From a virus (lineage: Duplodnaviria > Caudoviricetes): DNA of 64,000 nt. The position numbers were made by a program, and so were the translations under genes. How positions within the stretch are numbered: position 1 is the first letter of the stretch; every line of letters begins with the position of its first letter. This document shows, piece by piece, positions 48,398-56,588 of this stretch. The stretch lies in the IMG/VR virus record IMGVR_UViG_3300027971_004105. One strand, written 5' to 3'. The notes below the pieces were generated by a model. The model did not search any database. It saw nothing but the letters and a program-made list of their open reading frames with translations, and was not told the DNA's origin.

Positions 48398-49180
48398 TTA
48401 TTTTATAATCCTTTGTTGTATCATTTTTTTTCTTACTTTCTGGCCAGCGTGATCCGATCGTTCTGCCTTGCCAGCTGCTCCTATCCAATGAGTAATATAT
48501 TCATCTAAAAAAGAAATAGATATTGGCAAGCTCGTAGGAGGCAAATGCCCTGTGATATCGTGAAAATGTTCTTTACCGGTACGAACCATTGATTCTTCAA
48601 AAACTCCAGTGTCAGACCAGTCATACAATTTAAAAGCTTCATTAGTTAAATAAATATTTTTTTGTATTTCAAAAAATTTTTTAGCAACGGGATGATCTAG
48701 ATTATACACTATTATTCCAGTTTCTACATTCAGTCGATTGTATTTTGTTTTATTTGGTGATACCCTATCTATTCCAAAGTATCCGCAAAATTTTCCATTC
48801 AATGCACGAGTTATTACAGACTGGTCGAGTTGTTTTTTTATAAGCACATCGGAATCCAGCCATACTAAAATGCCAGTGGGGTCAGTTTCGTATGCTTCCC
48901 ATTGAGCAAACGATTTATGACTAAATTTTTTCCATTCTCTGTAATATCCAGGTGGTTGCAAATCTCTAGGTATTGAACTGGGAATTTTTTCAGCTTCGGC
49001 AAACCATGAATATTTGTCTTTAGCTGGAATTGATTTAGTGTACTTTATACCTAACTCTGGAGTATCGTGTAACCATAATTCCCAATCACCAGGAATAAAA
49101 TTTTTCCAAAACTTTACAGTGTATTGTCCTGTGTAATCCCAATATTCTTGACTTAATGTTGTTAAAATTTTTATTTTCAT
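48398..49180 (-). CDS. GT-A-like nucleotide-diphospho-sugar transferase
   Basis: KFSHKSFA, VWLDSD (DxD), ETG, D..VF; paralog of 40875-41714. Confidence 0.6.
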   Translation of the reverse strand: MKIKILTTLSQEYWDYTGQYTVKFWKNFIPGDWELWLHDTPELGIKYTKSIPAKDKYSWFAEAEKIPSSIPRDLQPPGYYREWKKFSHKSFAQWEAYETDPTGILVWLDSDVLIKKQLDQSVITRALNGKFCGYFGIDRVSPNKTKYNRLNVETGIIVYNLDHPVAKKFFEIQKNIYLTNEAFKLYDWSDTGVFEESMVRTGKEHFHDITGHLPPTSLPISISFLDEYITHWIGAAGKAERSDHAGQKVRKKMIQQRIIK

Positions 49181-49771
49181 TTATACGATCCTTATTTCTG
49201 CACTGATATGTTTTTTATGTTTGTTTAAAATTTTTAATATTTCAATACTATTATCGTTGTAAAAGATTTCTTTGGTTTTTAAATGTAGTCTAATATCTAA
49301 AAATATTCTTGTATTTTTATGCGAATGCTCCAATATTAAATCTTTATATGTACTTGCTGGATAATGAAATCCACATGATAGCCAGGAAGTAATTACATCA
49401 AATTTTTTGTCTTTTGGAATTGAAATATTATTAACATCGATTAAATTATAATTTTTAGTTTCTTTAGCATCGAGTTGTTCTTTAAGCCAGGACATTGGAT
49501 GATAAAATAAAAATTCATTAGGATTAACATGGTAACCGTCTTCGCTAACTAGCTCTGATGTATTTGTATTCAAAGATGTGTCACCGTCTAACAACCATAA
49601 CTCTGTTCCGTATTTGTTGTTAAACATTCTCGATTCCCATGCTAGTCCGCACCCAATATCTAATATTGAGATTGGAGGATTTTTTAATTCGGCATCGAGC
49701 AGATCAAAATTTAATTTTTTTGCTGCTTGATATTCCGGTGTACTCCACTCCCCCAATAACCATTTTGACAT
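49181..49771 (-). CDS. Class I SAM-dependent methyltransferase
   Basis: ILDIGCGLA, LLD, FDVI.S.LS.GFHYP. Confidence 0.8.
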   Translation of the reverse strand: MSKWLLGEWSTPEYQAAKKLNFDLLDAELKNPPISILDIGCGLAWESRMFNNKYGTELWLLDGDTSLNTNTSELVSEDGYHVNPNEFLFYHPMSWLKEQLDAKETKNYNLIDVNNISIPKDKKFDVITSWLSCGFHYPASTYKDLILEHSHKNTRIFLDIRLHLKTKEIFYNDNSIEILKILNKHKKHISAEIRIV

Positions 49772-49774
49772 GCC

Positions 49775-50125
49775 TTATTTGCTCCTTGTATATCCAACAG
49801 TTTCTCGTTCAATATCGTCATGATCAAACTCGGCCCAATATAATTCAAAGGCTACTGTGTCTTCCACTGCCTCAAATTGATGATATTCACCGGGAGCTAC
49901 TTTGGTATACTGACCTGCTGTCAATACTGTTTCGTCTATGAGATCATAATTGTTCTTCCACACTCGGATGATCATCTTGCCAGACTCCACAAAGAATCCG
50001 TTCCACTTGTATTTGTGCGTGTGTTTGGAACACGTGCCTCCGGCCTTGGCTTCGATGCGATGGAATTCTAATACACCGTTAGCTTCTAATAATTCTGTTT
50101 TGCCCCATACTTTTCCTGCTATCAT
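49775..50125 (-). CDS. Cupin-fold protein
   Basis: KVWG, CS.H.H..K.NGF.V.SG, PG.YHQF.A...T...E.Y; related to the cupin at 12895-13299. Confidence 0.8.
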   Translation of the reverse strand: MIAGKVWGKTELLEANGVLEFHRIEAKAGGTCSKHTHKYKWNGFFVESGKMIIRVWKNNYDLIDETVLTAGQYTKVAPGEYHQFEAVEDTVAFELYWAEFDHDDIERETVGYTRSK

Positions 50126-50153
50126 GATGCATTCACTCCTGTTGATTTGGTAT

Positions 50154-50171
50154 TAAATACTCACATATTTA
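50154..50171. promoter_or_regulatory. Divergent pair of TAAATA motifs (plus 50154-50159, minus 50166-50171)
   Basis: Lies between the divergent arms of the glycan island. Confidence 0.55.
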
Positions 50172-50176
50172 TCCAT

Positions 50177-51019
50177 ATGAAATTTGGTCTATTCAAAAAC
50201 AACGGAGCACTCAACAGTACAGACATCTTCTACTATGTGGCCGACGGCTTGCAACAGTTGGGTCATACAGTGACCTATGACCACATGGAAGACATAGATG
50301 TGCCTGTGATATGGTCCATGTTGTGGCATGGTAGAATGCATGGCAATCAAAAAATTTATCAATCATACAGGAGTCGTGGAAAGAATGTATTGGTTTTGGA
50401 AGTGGGTGGCATACAGAGAAATGTCACTTGGAAAGTGGCGTTGAATGGCATCAATCGTTCTGCTGATTTTGGCATGGGTGACATGGATTCTGACAGACCC
50501 CATAGATTAAAATTAAAATTAAAACCTTGGCGCACTGATGGTGAACACATTTTAATTTGTGCTCAACACGACAAGAGCGAGCAGTGGCGAGACATGCCCA
50601 CTCTGGACAGATGGGTTCACAACACTGTGCTCAAAATTAGAGAACATTCCCAAAGACCCATTGTGATCAGACCACACCCACGTTGCCCTATCAAAGATAC
50701 ATTTAAAATGTTTGGCAATGTCACTGTTCAAAATCCTGTGCAAATAGATGGAACTTATGATGATTTTAATTTGGATTTTCGCAACTGTTGGGCAGTGGTG
50801 AGTTGGAGCAGCAATCCCGGACCACAAGCAGTGATTGCAGGCGTGCCTGTGTTTGTGGGTCCTGACAGTTTGGCACATGATGTGGCCAATACAGATTTGG
50901 CAAACATTGAAACACCACACATGCCCCATCGTGAAAATTGGTTGGTGAATTACGCTCACACTGAGTGGACCGTGGATGAAATCAGAACCGGAATTCCTTT
51001 TAAACGCTTGACTTTCTAA
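50177..51019 (+). CDS. GT-B-like protein (KpsS-like domain) 5
   Basis: VIRPHP, WAVVSWSSNPGPQAVIAGVPVF, W....A..EW...E; start revised to MKFGL. Confidence 0.5.
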   Translation: MKFGLFKNNGALNSTDIFYYVADGLQQLGHTVTYDHMEDIDVPVIWSMLWHGRMHGNQKIYQSYRSRGKNVLVLEVGGIQRNVTWKVALNGINRSADFGMGDMDSDRPHRLKLKLKPWRTDGEHILICAQHDKSEQWRDMPTLDRWVHNTVLKIREHSQRPIVIRPHPRCPIKDTFKMFGNVTVQNPVQIDGTYDDFNLDFRNCWAVVSWSSNPGPQAVIAGVPVFVGPDSLAHDVANTDLANIETPHMPHRENWLVNYAHTEWTVDEIRTGIPFKRLTF

Positions 51020-51036
51020 TATCTACCGCTTATAAT
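51008..51036 (+). promoter_or_regulatory. Sigma70-type promoter TTGACT-N17-TATAAT
   Basis: Near-perfect consensus; ATG only 6 nt after the -10 box. Confidence 0.8.
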
Positions 51037-51042
51037 TAGCGT

Positions 51043-52344
51043 ATGCTAATTTCTAATCAAACACCCATGATATACACAGTGGAAGACTGTCTGGAAATTA
51101 TGATGGGCTTCAGTGATATTTTGGTTTCTCCTCCTTTCGAACTGTTGGAACGTGATAAAAAAATCTTACAAAGCATTGCTTCTAAAACATTTAAAGGTAT
51201 AGGATTAACTGACAAGCAATTGGCTGTGATTAAAAAAATACTTTTAACTAACTATATTCAACAATTTTCTGATAGAGATATTGATTTAATCAAGTCCTTA
51301 GAAACGCTGCGAGGTCCACTGCGTGAATTGGATCGTTCCACATACATCAGACTTAGAAAAGTCCAAGACATTCCCGAACTCAAAGACGTGTATAATCAAG
51401 GCAACTTTGGCATTGAACTCCAACTGATAGATGTGCGTTTTCCTTTCAACATGTCCTATGCTCGTTTGCTGAATGATGTGAAGAAAAAATTTAGATACGA
51501 TGATAGATATTTCAATCATAACAATCATTATTTTTTTCCCTATGATGAAAAATACGTTTATCATTTGATTGATAAATTCAAAAACAAAATCAAAGACATT
51601 GATCCTGAATTGTTAGAAGTTTATCAAAAACTGTGTGACATAAATGCACACCCTGAGCAACATCTGCCTGGCATATACGATTACGAAATACGCAATGTGC
51701 CTCGTGAATATATAAATCATTTGCACAACAACATAGGTATTCCCAACAAAGAAAATTTATATCTTTATCAAGATCGTCGTCAAGCACTGGCTTTGGAGTT
51801 TATGGAGAGTGCTGCTGTGCAGGAGTCATTGGGCAAAATAGATATTCTAAGTCAAAAAATTGCAATGAGAAAAACTTTTATTGTGAACATAAACAAACAC
51901 AAATGGACTCTGGATCAAGTGATTGGATCTTTGAATCAACTGTTGAGATTTCCACTTTTGGTGGTGTTGAATGAAAAACAAGCACTGAATGATTATCATC
52001 AGATACACAGCAGACTGAAGTTGCTGTTTCCATCTTCTGCACAATCAGTGCTGTTTAGACTGCCAAATGAAGAAGCCAACAACATAGAATTCAACCTGCG
52101 TGTGTCAGAAGATCGCACAAATAATTCCATTGATGAAAACACAAAAATAGTTTATATTAGTCATAAACGTGTGCCCAAACCTTTGATCAAATCTAAATGG
52201 CGAGCACAGGCTGCTATCAGTTTAAGAAGTGAAAAGGAACACAACCAAGTACAAAACTTTTTGCAACAGTATGATTTGATCATACAGTATGACCATGAAG
52301 AAAGTCCTTGGAACATTTGGCATCACGAAGTGGAGATCATATAA
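51043..52344 (+). CDS. Hypothetical protein upstream of uvsW
   Basis: 433-aa clean ORF behind a consensus promoter; no catalytic motif recognised. Confidence 0.75.
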   Translation: MLISNQTPMIYTVEDCLEIMMGFSDILVSPPFELLERDKKILQSIASKTFKGIGLTDKQLAVIKKILLTNYIQQFSDRDIDLIKSLETLRGPLRELDRSTYIRLRKVQDIPELKDVYNQGNFGIELQLIDVRFPFNMSYARLLNDVKKKFRYDDRYFNHNNHYFFPYDEKYVYHLIDKFKNKIKDIDPELLEVYQKLCDINAHPEQHLPGIYDYEIRNVPREYINHLHNNIGIPNKENLYLYQDRRQALALEFMESAAVQESLGKIDILSQKIAMRKTFIVNINKHKWTLDQVIGSLNQLLRFPLLVVLNEKQALNDYHQIHSRLKLLFPSSAQSVLFRLPNEEANNIEFNLRVSEDRTNNSIDENTKIVYISHKRVPKPLIKSKWRAQAAISLRSEKEHNQVQNFLQQYDLIIQYDHEESPWNIWHHEVEII

Positions 52345-52345
52345 C

Positions 52346-53803
52346 ATGAGCGCTTGTAAAATTATTATTCAGGATGAAGTCAATGTGAAGATTGATGGAT
52401 TGGATGTGGATATACGCAGAAAAATAGCCAACAAATTAAAGTGGGCTGTGCCATATGCTAGATATCTTCCACAATACAAACTGGGCAGATGGGATGGCAA
52501 AGTGGGATTCTTTGGATTAGGTGGCAATGGCTATGTGAATCATTTGGACATCATCATTCAACTGTTGAATGACTATGGCATAGAGATCACAGAGATTGTT
52601 GACAATCGTCACAAAGTGGATCTTAAATTCAACAAAATAGACAAAAACTTTTTTGCTGATAAAACTTGGCCCAAAGGACACATTATGGAAGGACAGCCAA
52701 TAGAGTTGAGAGATTATCAAGTGGACGTGGTGAATAACTTTTTAGAAAATCCTCAGAGCCTACAAGAAGTGGCCACTGGAGCAGGTAAAACAATTATCAC
52801 TGCATGTCTCAGCAAGTTGTGTGAACCGTTTGGCAGAACCATTGTGGTGGTGCCCAACAAGAGTTTGGTCACACAGACCGAAGAGGATTATATCAATTGT
52901 GGATTGGATGTGGGAGTATATTTTGGAGATAGAAAAGAATTGAAACATATTCATACCATTTGCACATGGCAATCATTGAACGTGCTGGACAAGAAGACCA
53001 AAGACGGTGATGCTGTGTTAACATTAGCTGAATTTTTAGAAGGAGTAAACACCATTATTATAGACGAAGTGCATCAAGCCAAAGCAGAAGTATTAAAAAA
53101 ACTACTCACGCACAATTTAAGAAATGCTGCCATACGTTGGGGACTCACAGGTACCATTCCCAAAGAACAATTTGAATTTCAAGCCATACTGGCCAGCATT
53201 GGTCCTGTGATCAATCAGATATCTGCCAAAGAATTACAAGACAAAGGAGTGCTGTCACAGTGTCATGTGAACGTGGTACAACTGGTGGACACAGTGGTGC
53301 ATAGAAACTATCAAGAAGAATTGAAATATCTAATGACTCATGAACCACGCATGAAATTTTTATCCAAAATGCTGAACAGAATCAAAGACTCAGGCAACAC
53401 ATTAATATTGGTGGATAGATTGGCAGCAGGCGAACTGTTGCAAAAATTAATTCCAGATTCTGTGTTTATTCAAGGAGAAATGAAGTTGGCTGAGCGTAAA
53501 GAAGAATATGACCAAATATCCAATTCAACCAATAAGGTATTAATTGCCACCTATGGTGTAGCTTCTGTGGGTATTAATATTCCCAGAATTTTTAATCTAG
53601 TTTTAATTGAACCTGGCAAGAGCTTTGTGAGAGTGATACAGAGTATTGGCAGAGGCATAAGAAAGGCGCAAGACAAAGACTTTGTACAGATTTGGGACAT
53701 AACGTCCAGCTGTAAATTTGCCAAAAGGCACTTAACCCAAAGGAAAAAGTTTTACAAAGAAGCAAACTATCCTTTCACAATGGAAAAAATGGAGTGGAAT
53801 TAA
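52346..53803 (+). CDS. uvsW: SF2 DNA helicase
   Basis: LRDYQ, ATGAGKT, IIDEVH, GLTGT, IATYG..S.G.NIP, QSIGRG.R; start revised to MSACK. Confidence 0.9.
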   Translation: MSACKIIIQDEVNVKIDGLDVDIRRKIANKLKWAVPYARYLPQYKLGRWDGKVGFFGLGGNGYVNHLDIIIQLLNDYGIEITEIVDNRHKVDLKFNKIDKNFFADKTWPKGHIMEGQPIELRDYQVDVVNNFLENPQSLQEVATGAGKTIITACLSKLCEPFGRTIVVVPNKSLVTQTEEDYINCGLDVGVYFGDRKELKHIHTICTWQSLNVLDKKTKDGDAVLTLAEFLEGVNTIIIDEVHQAKAEVLKKLLTHNLRNAAIRWGLTGTIPKEQFEFQAILASIGPVINQISAKELQDKGVLSQCHVNVVQLVDTVVHRNYQEELKYLMTHEPRMKFLSKMLNRIKDSGNTLILVDRLAAGELLQKLIPDSVFIQGEMKLAERKEEYDQISNSTNKVLIATYGVASVGINIPRIFNLVLIEPGKSFVRVIQSIGRGIRKAQDKDFVQIWDITSSCKFAKRHLTQRKKFYKEANYPFTMEKMEWN

Positions 53804-53807
53804 AATT

Positions 53808-54314
53808 ATGAGAATATTAACAGTGGACAACAATACTTTTTTACTGTCCAAAATGCCTGAGCAGATCACTGAAGATATCAGTTTTAGTGTGTTGGACAAC
53901 AGCAATCCCAAAGACCCGGATTTCTTTTTTATGCCTTTGATTTTTATTGAAAGTTTTTCAAGCCCAGCAATAGTGCTGGAGATTGGAGGTCAAGAACTCA
54001 GTATGCCTTTGGACTGGAGTGTGGCCGTGGGAGATCCTGAGAGTGGTTTTGATTTACAAATAATACCATTGACCAGTTTGAGTGACAGAGGATTCGAAGC
54101 ATTCAGCCTTAATCCATTATCGGGATTCAGACCAGAATTTGTGCCCATCAAGGTGATTAATTTTTACAATGATGTCAAATGGTACTTCCCTAAAGTCAAA
54201 AACAATCAATTAATCACCACACCGTTGACTGATGTAGTTAAACCAAAATGTGTATTTTTTATCAAGGACGTGAGTAGACAGTGTGAAAGCATTGACCATT
54301 CATTGCTGTATTAA
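53808..54314 (+). CDS. Hypothetical beta-rich protein (possible Hint-like fold)
   Basis: Clean ORF; strand pattern resembles Hint domains by eye, without the catalytic residues. Confidence 0.7.
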   Translation: MRILTVDNNTFLLSKMPEQITEDISFSVLDNSNPKDPDFFFMPLIFIESFSSPAIVLEIGGQELSMPLDWSVAVGDPESGFDLQIIPLTSLSDRGFEAFSLNPLSGFRPEFVPIKVINFYNDVKWYFPKVKNNQLITTPLTDVVKPKCVFFIKDVSRQCESIDHSLLY

Positions 54315-54454
54315 TGACCAAAAAAAGAAAACCCCAAGAACAGGATCCAAACACAGATCTGTTTACAAATGAAGACCACAGTGAAGAAGATTTATCTTGG
54401 ATGATCGAAGATTCTGATACTGAAAAAAAAAATAAAAATGGAAAAGAAATTTAA
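54314..54454 (+). CDS. Small acidic protein (46 aa, not in the ORF track)
   Basis: MTKKRKPQEQDPNTDLFTNEDHSEEDLSWMIEDSDTEKKNKNGKEI; TAATG coupling to the upstream stop; fills an otherwise empty gap. Confidence 0.5.
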   Translation: MTKKRKPQEQDPNTDLFTNEDHSEEDLSWMIEDSDTEKKNKNGKEI

Positions 54455-54710
54455 ATACAAAGCAGGAGTAATTTATTCACACGAATCTCCGGATGGGGGT
54501 CGAACTGTTTACGCAGTAGAAACCGGAACCAAAAATAAAAAAAGAGAATTGGTTTATAGAGATGAAGAATCTTTGATTGAAGAAGAAAGCCAAATTAGAA
54601 ACCAATATGTTACACCCGAAGCAATTAGACTGTGTAATCAAAACAAAGGATTGCAAAAAGCCTGGGAAAAGTATATAGTACTATTGAGATTATCAGGATT
54701 CAATGACTAA
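54438..54710 (+). CDS. Hypothetical protein
   Basis: ESPDGGRTVYA motif; overlaps neighbours as in an operon. Confidence 0.7.
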   Translation: MEKKFKYKAGVIYSHESPDGGRTVYAVETGTKNKKRELVYRDEESLIEEESQIRNQYVTPEAIRLCNQNKGLQKAWEKYIVLLRLSGFND

Positions 54711-55173
54711 CAAATTACCATTAAAAGACATACTGGCAGCCATAGACATGAACGCTAAAAACGTTTGGGATGAGCTGCCTGATGATGAACAGAAACAGGT
54801 GAGTTTCTTTTTGTTGAACAGATATGCCAGTGCTGTGAAAGGCAATAACACACAAAAAGAATTGGCCATATTCAAAACCAATGAATATTACAACAAAAAC
54901 TTTTTTACAATACAAAAACACAAAAAGTTGCTGTGGTTTTTGCTGTGCATGACTGCCAATGATAAAAAAGAAATTAGATATCACGAATGGATAGGATACA
55001 AGCTCAAAGATGCTGGTTCTCAAAATAAAGCAATAAAATTTTTAAAAACTTTATATTCCAATATGAAAGAAGATGAGATTGAATTGCTTGCCAAAATTAA
55101 CAGTAAAGAAGAATTGAAAGAACTGGCAGAAGCACATGGCATGGACAAAGCAGAAACTAAAAAGGTATTATGA
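54703..55173 (+). CDS. Clamp loader small subunit (T4 gp62-like)
   Basis: L.DIL.AI, FLLNRY.S, NE, H..L....L, W, ..L...Y pattern of gp62 homologs; in the replication cluster. Confidence 0.55.
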   Translation: MTNKLPLKDILAAIDMNAKNVWDELPDDEQKQVSFFLLNRYASAVKGNNTQKELAIFKTNEYYNKNFFTIQKHKKLLWFLLCMTANDKKEIRYHEWIGYKLKDAGSQNKAIKFLKTLYSNMKEDEIELLAKINSKEELKELAEAHGMDKAETKKVL

Positions 55174-55853
55174 GCGATCGACCATACACTTGTCAATACT
55201 GTAATACCAGCTATACCAAAGAAAAAACATTGGCTGTGCATCTGTGCGAACAGAAACGAAGATATTTACAAAAAGATGAACGCAGAGTACAGTTGGGGTA
55301 CATGACATTTGTGAGATTTTATCAAATATCTCAAAAGTTGGATGGCACAAAAACATATGAAGAGTTTTGTAAATCGCCCTACTATAATGCATTTGTTAAA
55401 TTTGGATCATTCGTGTCCAATGTGAAACCCATGTATCCAGAAAATTATATTGATTATGTGATAAAGAGTGGAGTCAAATTGGATCATTGGTGCCGAGAAG
55501 AACTCTATGAAAAATATGTGTTGGAATTAATATTGAAAGAATCCATGGAACCTGCTGTGGAAAGAACCATTAAAAACATGATGGATTGGGCAGACAACCA
55601 CAATGCAGATTGGAAAGATTATTTTAGATATGTGAGTTTGCCTAGAGCAGTGTATGATATCAAAGATGGCAAAATTTCTCCTTGGTTGATATTGAACAGT
55701 ACCACTGGCAAGGACATGATGAGCAAACTCAACAATGAACAATTGACCATACTGTATCATGTGCTGAATCCTGAGCACTGGTCTCTTAAATTTAAAAGAA
55801 ACCCAGCAGATGTGGAAATGATCAAAGAAATAATCAAAGAGGCCAAACTGTAA
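55170..55853 (+). CDS. Hypothetical protein with N-terminal C2H2-like zinc finger
   Basis: YTCQYCNTSY.KE.TL..HLC. Confidence 0.75.
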   Translation: MSDRPYTCQYCNTSYTKEKTLAVHLCEQKRRYLQKDERRVQLGYMTFVRFYQISQKLDGTKTYEEFCKSPYYNAFVKFGSFVSNVKPMYPENYIDYVIKSGVKLDHWCREELYEKYVLELILKESMEPAVERTIKNMMDWADNHNADWKDYFRYVSLPRAVYDIKDGKISPWLILNSTTGKDMMSKLNNEQLTILYHVLNPEHWSLKFKRNPADVEMIKEIIKEAKL

Positions 55854-56018
55854 ATGAAATCAAAAAAGTTTTGTTATGTGTGTAAAAAGATTACTCCACA
55901 CGAGCCAGATGCCAGCACAGCTATCACTTATTATGGAAAAAAACCTAATATTCCTTGGCAATGTGTTATTTGTTATCCTACCTCTCTTGACAAACTGTAC
56001 CCTAAGAAGTTAAAATAA
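55854..56018 (+). CDS. Small zinc-ribbon protein (54 aa, not in the ORF track)
   Basis: MKSKKFCYVCKKITPH...WQCVICYPT...; two CxxC pairs; ATG directly after the upstream TAA. Confidence 0.55.
   Translation: MKSKKFCYVCKKITPHEPDASTAITYYGKKPNIPWQCVICYPTSLDKLYPKKLK
55987..56016 (+). promoter_or_regulatory. Possible sigma70 promoter TTGACA-N18-TAAAAT
   Basis: Perfect -35; ATG of mini-DnaE 5 nt after the -10 box. Confidence 0.5.
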
Positions 56019-56021
56019 ACT

Positions 56022-56588
56022 ATGCCCGATATTGATATAGATTTTGCTGATAGAACTGTAGTGTTAGAAAAATTCAAACACATAGTTGCTAAATTAGAAA
56101 CTGGAAAGAAACATAATACTGGAATTTATTTCACAGAGATACCTCACAATCCTGTGGATAATTTATCTACATTAAATTACGATGAAGCTGAAAACAGAGG
56201 ATATTTTAAAATAGATTTTTTAAATGTAAGCATTTACAAAAATATAAAAAGTGAACAACACTTGAAACAATTGATGACCAAAGAACCCATGTGGGAATTA
56301 CTACAGGAAAAAGACTTTGTGGATCAACTATTTCATGTGAATGGACATGTGGAAATTTTACAGAAATTGAAACCCAACAATATAGAACAGTTGGCAGCAG
56401 TGCTGGCTATCATCAGACCAGCCAAAAGATATTTGTTAAATAATGATTGGAAAGAAATCATGCAACAGGTGTGGATCAAACCCACTGATGATTCTTATTA
56501 CTTTAAGAAATCCCATGCCACTTCTTATGCTGCGGCTGTGGTGGTGCACATGAATTTAATCTGTGAAGAATTAAACAATGAAATATAA
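56022..56588 (+). CDS. Miniature DNA polymerase III alpha (DnaE/family C)-like protein, 188 aa
   Basis: PDIDIDF, KHNTG, YFKIDFL, LKP..IEQLAA.LAIIRP and YFKKSHATSYA follow DnaE motifs in the correct order. Confidence 0.85.
   Translation: MPDIDIDFADRTVVLEKFKHIVAKLETGKKHNTGIYFTEIPHNPVDNLSTLNYDEAENRGYFKIDFLNVSIYKNIKSEQHLKQLMTKEPMWELLQEKDFVDQLFHVNGHVEILQKLKPNNIEQLAAVLAIIRPAKRYLLNNDWKEIMQQVWIKPTDDSYYFKKSHATSYAAAVVVHMNLICEELNNEI

Noticed and set aside
42414-49775. att-like direct repeats or an integrase/transposase bounding the foreign cassette
   Set aside because: No convincing repeat pair or recombinase gene was found by eye
35322-51019. Host chromosomal LPS/capsule locus (chimeric contig or prophage flank)
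   Set aside because: Operons carry phage late-type motifs, interleave seamlessly with uvsY and uvsW modules, and lack wzx/wzy/kps export genes
56022-56588. Mini-DnaE as a pseudogene fragment
   Set aside because: Motifs from distant parts of DnaE are joined in one open frame with its own promoter, which random decay would not produce; not formally excluded without homologs
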